This document shows, in pieces, positions 24,458-27,103 of a DNA stretch of 27,103 bases. Position 1 is the first letter of the stretch, and the number at the start of each line of letters is the position of its first letter. The stretch covers positions 1 through 27,103 of the forward strand of contig URPL01000021.1 in NCBI GenBank assembly GCA_900549725.1, given 5' to 3'. Below the pieces are notes generated by a model. It had not been told where the DNA came from, ran no database searches, and saw nothing but the letters and a program-made list of their open reading frames with translations. The stretch comes from an uncultured Eubacteriales bacterium (GTDB taxonomy: Bacteria; Bacillota; Clostridia; Oscillospirales; CAG-272). The position numbers and the translations under genes were made by a program.

Positions 24458-25498
24458 ATGATCAATCTCGAAAAAGAAATTCGTCAACAAGGGACGGTTC
24501 TTGCAGGCGTCGGCGCCGCAAATTCCGAAACGGTAAAAGCGATTGCGGCAGCTGCAAAGGCGCATGCGATCGATCAGATCGTTTTCGCCGCCCGCGGAAC
24601 CAGCGATCATGCCGCAATTTACGCGCAATATCTGTTCCATCGCTACACGGGCATTCCCTGCTCGCTTGCCACCCCCTCCGTTGTTACCAAATACGGCACA
24701 CATATGCACTATGAGCATGCGCTTGTGATCGGTATCTCTCAATCCGGATGCGCGCAGGATGTGCTTTCCGTTCTGCAGGACGCAAAGCAAAGCGGTGCCA
24801 TCACCGCAACGTTAACCAATAACCCCGATTCCCCTTTGGCACACGGTGCCGATTTTCACCTTTACTGCAATGCAGGCCCCGAGCGCAGCATTGCCGCTAC
24901 CAAGACCTTTACCTCGCAGATGTATGCCCTTGCAATGCTTTGCGAGGCATTTTGCGGCGATGCCGAAATCACCGAAATGCTCCGCCGCCTTCCGAAAATG
25001 ACCGAAGAGCTGATGCAGACCGTTCCCGTGCAGATCGAAAAGATCATTGCACGCTATCGCTATCTTGAGGATGCCTTTGTGCTCGGCAGAGGCATGGCAT
25101 ATCCGATTGCACTCGAAGGCGCGCTCAAAATTTTGGAAACCAATAAAATCCGGGTGCGCGGCTATGCAAGCTCCGATTTTCATCACGGCCCGATGGCGCA
25201 GCTGAGCTCCAAAACGCTTGCCATTGTTTTGGCGCCGGCAGGCCAGACGCAGGATGACGCAATCGAAATGCTTGAAAAAGCCCGTACCACCGGTGCGGAA
25301 ACGCTTGTCATTACCGACGACGGAGCCCTGGGCGAAAAATATCCCCTTTGCATTGTGGTGCCCGGCATGAAAAACGATGTTGCTGCGCCGTTTATGCTTG
25401 CCATAGCTCTGCAGTTCTTCGCGCTCAAGCTGACCGAGGTCAAAGGCATCGATCCCGATCAGTCTGCTGTGCTGAAAAAGATTACAATCACAAAATAA
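24458..25498 (+). CDS. Tandem-SIS-domain sugar-phosphate isomerase/deglycase (GlmS C-terminal-like; AgaS/FrlB family), 346 aa
   Basis: Two SIS modules (FAARGTSDHAA... and FVLGRGMAYPIALEGALK...) and no glutaminase domain. Confidence 0.75.
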   Translation: MINLEKEIRQQGTVLAGVGAANSETVKAIAAAAKAHAIDQIVFAARGTSDHAAIYAQYLFHRYTGIPCSLATPSVVTKYGTHMHYEHALVIGISQSGCAQDVLSVLQDAKQSGAITATLTNNPDSPLAHGADFHLYCNAGPERSIAATKTFTSQMYALAMLCEAFCGDAEITEMLRRLPKMTEELMQTVPVQIEKIIARYRYLEDAFVLGRGMAYPIALEGALKILETNKIRVRGYASSDFHHGPMAQLSSKTLAIVLAPAGQTQDDAIEMLEKARTTGAETLVITDDGALGEKYPLCIVVPGMKNDVAAPFMLAIALQFFALKLTEVKGIDPDQSAVLKKITITK

Positions 25499-25509
25499 CT
25501 GTTCGTTTA

Positions 25510-25531
25510 GCGTTGTGCCGGGCACAGCGCT
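25510..25531 (+). other. Intercistronic GC-rich hairpin between the SIS and Prs-like genes (a possible attenuator or RNA processing/stability element)
   Basis: An 11-bp imperfect palindrome AGCGTTGTGCC-GGCACAGCGCT followed by TTTGCATGTTT. It does not look like a strong terminator. Confidence 0.3.
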
Positions 25532-25593
25532 TTGCATGTTTATAAGCGGAAATAAAAAAAGAAAACGAATATCAGAAGAACAAGGAGAAAATC

Positions 25594-26706
25594 ATGGACT
25601 CAAACTACTTCGGCAAGCTCAGCGTTATCGGTATGAAAGGAACGGAAAATTTTGTACGCCGTGTGGACGAATACCTGACCGATTGGCGCAAAAAAGAAGA
25701 GCCAACCTATCTGCTCCCCGCTGATTGCCCGCGTTTCGGCACAGGCGAGGCGAAAGGTATTCTGCATGATACCGTGCGCGGACACGACATTTATTTGTTC
25801 TGCGACCCGTTCAGTTACGGCGTGACCTATAAGATGTACGGGCAGAACGTGCCTATGTCTCCCGATGATCACTTCCAGGACCTCAAGCGCATGATCGGCG
25901 CAATCGGCGGCAAGGCACGCCGCGTTAATGTTGTTATGCCGATGCTTTATGAGGGCAGACAGCATCGCCGCTCTGCCAGAGAATCTCTGGACTGCGCCAT
26001 TGCCCTTCAGGAGCTTGTCAACGCCGGCGTTACGAATATCATCACTTTTGATGCCCATGATGCCCGTGTGCAGAATGCCATCCCCTATCACGGTTTTGAA
26101 AGTGTCCGTACCTCTTATCAGATGCTCAAGGCAATGGTAAAATATGATCCGGAGGTGAAATTCCTGCCTGATCAGACTCTGTTCATCACCCCGGACGAGG
26201 GCGGTATGAGCCGCGCCATGTATTATTCCTCCGTGCTCGGGCTGGATCTCGGCATGTTCTATAAGCGCCGCAATTACACCATCGTCGTGGACGGACGCAA
26301 CCCCATTGAAGCGCACGAATACCTCGGCAATTCCGTGGAGGGCAAAAATGTTATCATCGTTGACGATATGATCTCCTCCGGTGATTCCATCATTGATGTT
26401 GCATATCAGCTCAAAGAGCGCGGCGCAGGCAAAATTTTTGTTTTCGCAACCTTCGGTCTGTTCTGTAACGGGCTTGAGAACTTCGATAAAGCATATGCGC
26501 AGGGGCTGTTCAACCGCATTTATACAACAAACCTGAACTACCGCGACCGTTCCGTTTTGGAGCGTGATTGGTATCGCGAGGTTTCCATGTGCAAATATGT
26601 CGCCTATATTATCGACACGCTCAACCGCGATGAATCCATCAGCGATCTGCTCAACCCCGCCGGCCGCATTCACAGCCTGATCGACCGCGCAAAGCTGACC
26701 TATTAA
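25594..26706 (+). CDS. Ribose-phosphate pyrophosphokinase (PRPP synthetase) family protein, long form (370 aa)
   Basis: A PRPP/ribose-5-P binding loop (VIIVDDMISSGDSIID) and a Prs-type catalytic motif (YEGRQHRR, compare YARQDRK). AAGGAG lies 7 nt upstream. The product is about 55 aa longer than canonical Prs. Confidence 0.7.
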   Translation: MDSNYFGKLSVIGMKGTENFVRRVDEYLTDWRKKEEPTYLLPADCPRFGTGEAKGILHDTVRGHDIYLFCDPFSYGVTYKMYGQNVPMSPDDHFQDLKRMIGAIGGKARRVNVVMPMLYEGRQHRRSARESLDCAIALQELVNAGVTNIITFDAHDARVQNAIPYHGFESVRTSYQMLKAMVKYDPEVKFLPDQTLFITPDEGGMSRAMYYSSVLGLDLGMFYKRRNYTIVVDGRNPIEAHEYLGNSVEGKNVIIVDDMISSGDSIIDVAYQLKERGAGKIFVFATFGLFCNGLENFDKAYAQGLFNRIYTTNLNYRDRSVLERDWYREVSMCKYVAYIIDTLNRDESISDLLNPAGRIHSLIDRAKLTY

Positions 26707-26730
26707 ACGAAGCAAAAAAATAAATACAGA

Positions 26731-26765
26731 AAAAAATGCGGCGCATCGTGCGCCGCAGTTTTTTT
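26731..26765 (+). terminator. Rho-independent terminator after the Prs-like gene (with bidirectional character)
   Basis: A 9-bp stem TGCGGCGCA/TGCGCCGCA with loop TCG, then GTTTTTTT. The hairpin is preceded by AAAAAAA. Confidence 0.6.
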
Positions 26766-26775
26766 GAAGCAAGGC

Positions 26776-26818
26776 AAAAAAGAAACGACGGTTTTTTTTC
26801 CCAAAAACGGTCGTTTTT
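26776..26818 (-). terminator. Candidate terminator downstream of tRNA-Gln
   Basis: The minus-strand RNA carries an imperfect hairpin ACGACCG...CCGUCGU around a U/A-rich loop, followed by UUUCUUUUUU. The structure is weak. Confidence 0.3.
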
Positions 26819-26894
26819 TGGCTAAGGTGGTAGGATTCGAACCTCCGAAATCCTGGAGTCAGAGTCCAGTGCCTTACCGCTTGGCGATACCTCA
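26819..26894 (-). tRNA. Probable tRNA-Gln (anticodon CUG), 76 nt with an encoded CCA
   Basis: The D-arm GCC-AAGCGGTAA-GGC is identical to the Firmicutes tRNA-Gln pattern. The anticodon stem is CTGGA/TCCAG around the loop CTCTGAC. The T-loop is GGTTCGAATCC. My manual fold also shows a G:A mismatch in the T-stem, an A:C mismatch at 7:66 and a 6-nt variable loop, so the score with a real tool may be modest. Confidence 0.6.
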
Positions 26895-26910
26895 ATTTGA
26901 AAGCTTAGTT

Positions 26911-26939
26911 ATTATAGCACGCACTTTCGCCCTTGTCAA
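26911..26939 (-). promoter_or_regulatory. Perfect consensus sigma-A promoter of the tRNA-Gln gene
   Basis: On the minus strand the sequence reads TTGACA (26934-26939), a 17-bp spacer, then cgtgcTATAAT (hexamer at 26911-26916). The predicted TSS lies a few nt upstream of the tRNA 5' end. Confidence 0.6.
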
Positions 26940-27042
26940 TATCTTTTTTGAAAATGTTTCGGATTTCGGATTTTTTGACGCAAATGATATGCAAAAAATA
27001 CTGAATTACCTGCAACAGAACGCATTTTTCGCAAAAAGATTG

Positions 27043-27071
27043 AATTTTTTCACAGGATATGCTATGATGGA
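27043..27071 (+). promoter_or_regulatory. Candidate extended -10 promoter for a gene beyond the 3' edge of the window
   Basis: TTGAAT (27043-27048), a 17-bp spacer, then TGcTATGAT (hexamer at 27066-27071). Confidence 0.35.
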
Positions 27072-27103
27072 ATATGTGTAGGCTTTTGAAGAAGCTTCCT
27101 CTT

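Noticed and set aside
24199-26894. The tRNA-bracketed SIS/Prs segment as a genomic island
   Set aside because: There is no integrase, no direct repeat of a tRNA 3' end that I can see by eye, and no compositional shift. It is retained only as a low-interest finding.
25600-26895. 431-aa minus-strand ORF covering the Prs-like gene and the tRNA-Gln gene
   Set aside because: It is antisense to a gene with a clear PRPP-binding loop. It would also run through a tRNA gene and its promoter.
26764-27081. 105-aa plus-strand ORF spanning the tRNA-Gln region
   Set aside because: It overlaps the tRNA gene and its consensus promoter on the opposite strand. There is no RBS, and the tRNA interpretation explains the sequence conservation pattern better.
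1-27103. Search for CRISPR arrays, IS elements, integrases or phage genes
   Set aside because: There are no regularly spaced direct repeats and no transposase, integrase or recombinase-like ORFs. The only tandem repeat (11407-11562) is in-frame coding duplication of a zinc-ribbon module.

Overview
This is a 27.1-kb chromosomal window with about 57% GC. Gene content and Shine-Dalgarno motifs (GGAGG/AAGGAG) suggest a Firmicutes/Clostridia genome. Coding density is high and there is no sign of recent mobile DNA: no integrase, transposase, CRISPR array or long repeats. I call 25 protein genes, two tRNA genes on the minus strand (tRNA-Arg CCG and a probable tRNA-Gln CUG), several near-consensus sigma-A promoters and several rho-independent terminators. 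All of this is read directly from the sequence. The main units are listed here. (1) An ABC-F ATPase running off the 5' edge. (2) A plus-strand operon of a LarA-family (nickel-pincer cofactor) hydroxy-acid racemase/epimerase homolog, 6-phosphogluconate dehydrogenase and a PfkB/KDG-kinase-like sugar kinase, closed by a bidirectional terminator. (3) A minus-strand run of RNase M5 (Toprim), a GtrA-family membrane protein, an RNHCP-domain protein and a lipoprotein. (4) A minus-strand operon with its own promoter and terminator that encodes an SPFH (band-7) protein carrying a tandem zinc-ribbon tail, a zinc-ribbon membrane protein, a TPM-domain protein and an unannotatable fourth gene. This resembles the B. 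subtilis ydjG-ydjH-ydjI membrane-stress module but lacks pspA and has an extra partner. (5) A minus-strand operon of a HemZ/HemN-like radical-SAM enzyme, a purine nucleoside phosphorylase and an MtaD-type MTA/5'-deoxyadenosine deaminase, with an ATGA start/stop overlap, followed by a MOP-superfamily flippase. (6) A GNAT acetyltransferase, an ECF sigma factor with an overlapping membrane anti-sigma candidate, and an NSS-family Na+ symporter under a perfect TTGACA-17-TATAAT promoter. (7) A lipoprotein and a DUF4317-like protein. (8) A pair of a tandem-SIS sugar-phosphate isomerase/deglycase and a long PRPP-synthetase-family protein, bracketed by the two single-tRNA transcription units. The most interesting items are the LarA-homolog/gnd/kinase operon, the radical-SAM/PNP/deaminase by-product salvage operon, and the SPFH-zinc-ribbon-TPM module with its unknown fourth gene. 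All functional assignments are from motif and architecture recognition only, with no database searches.
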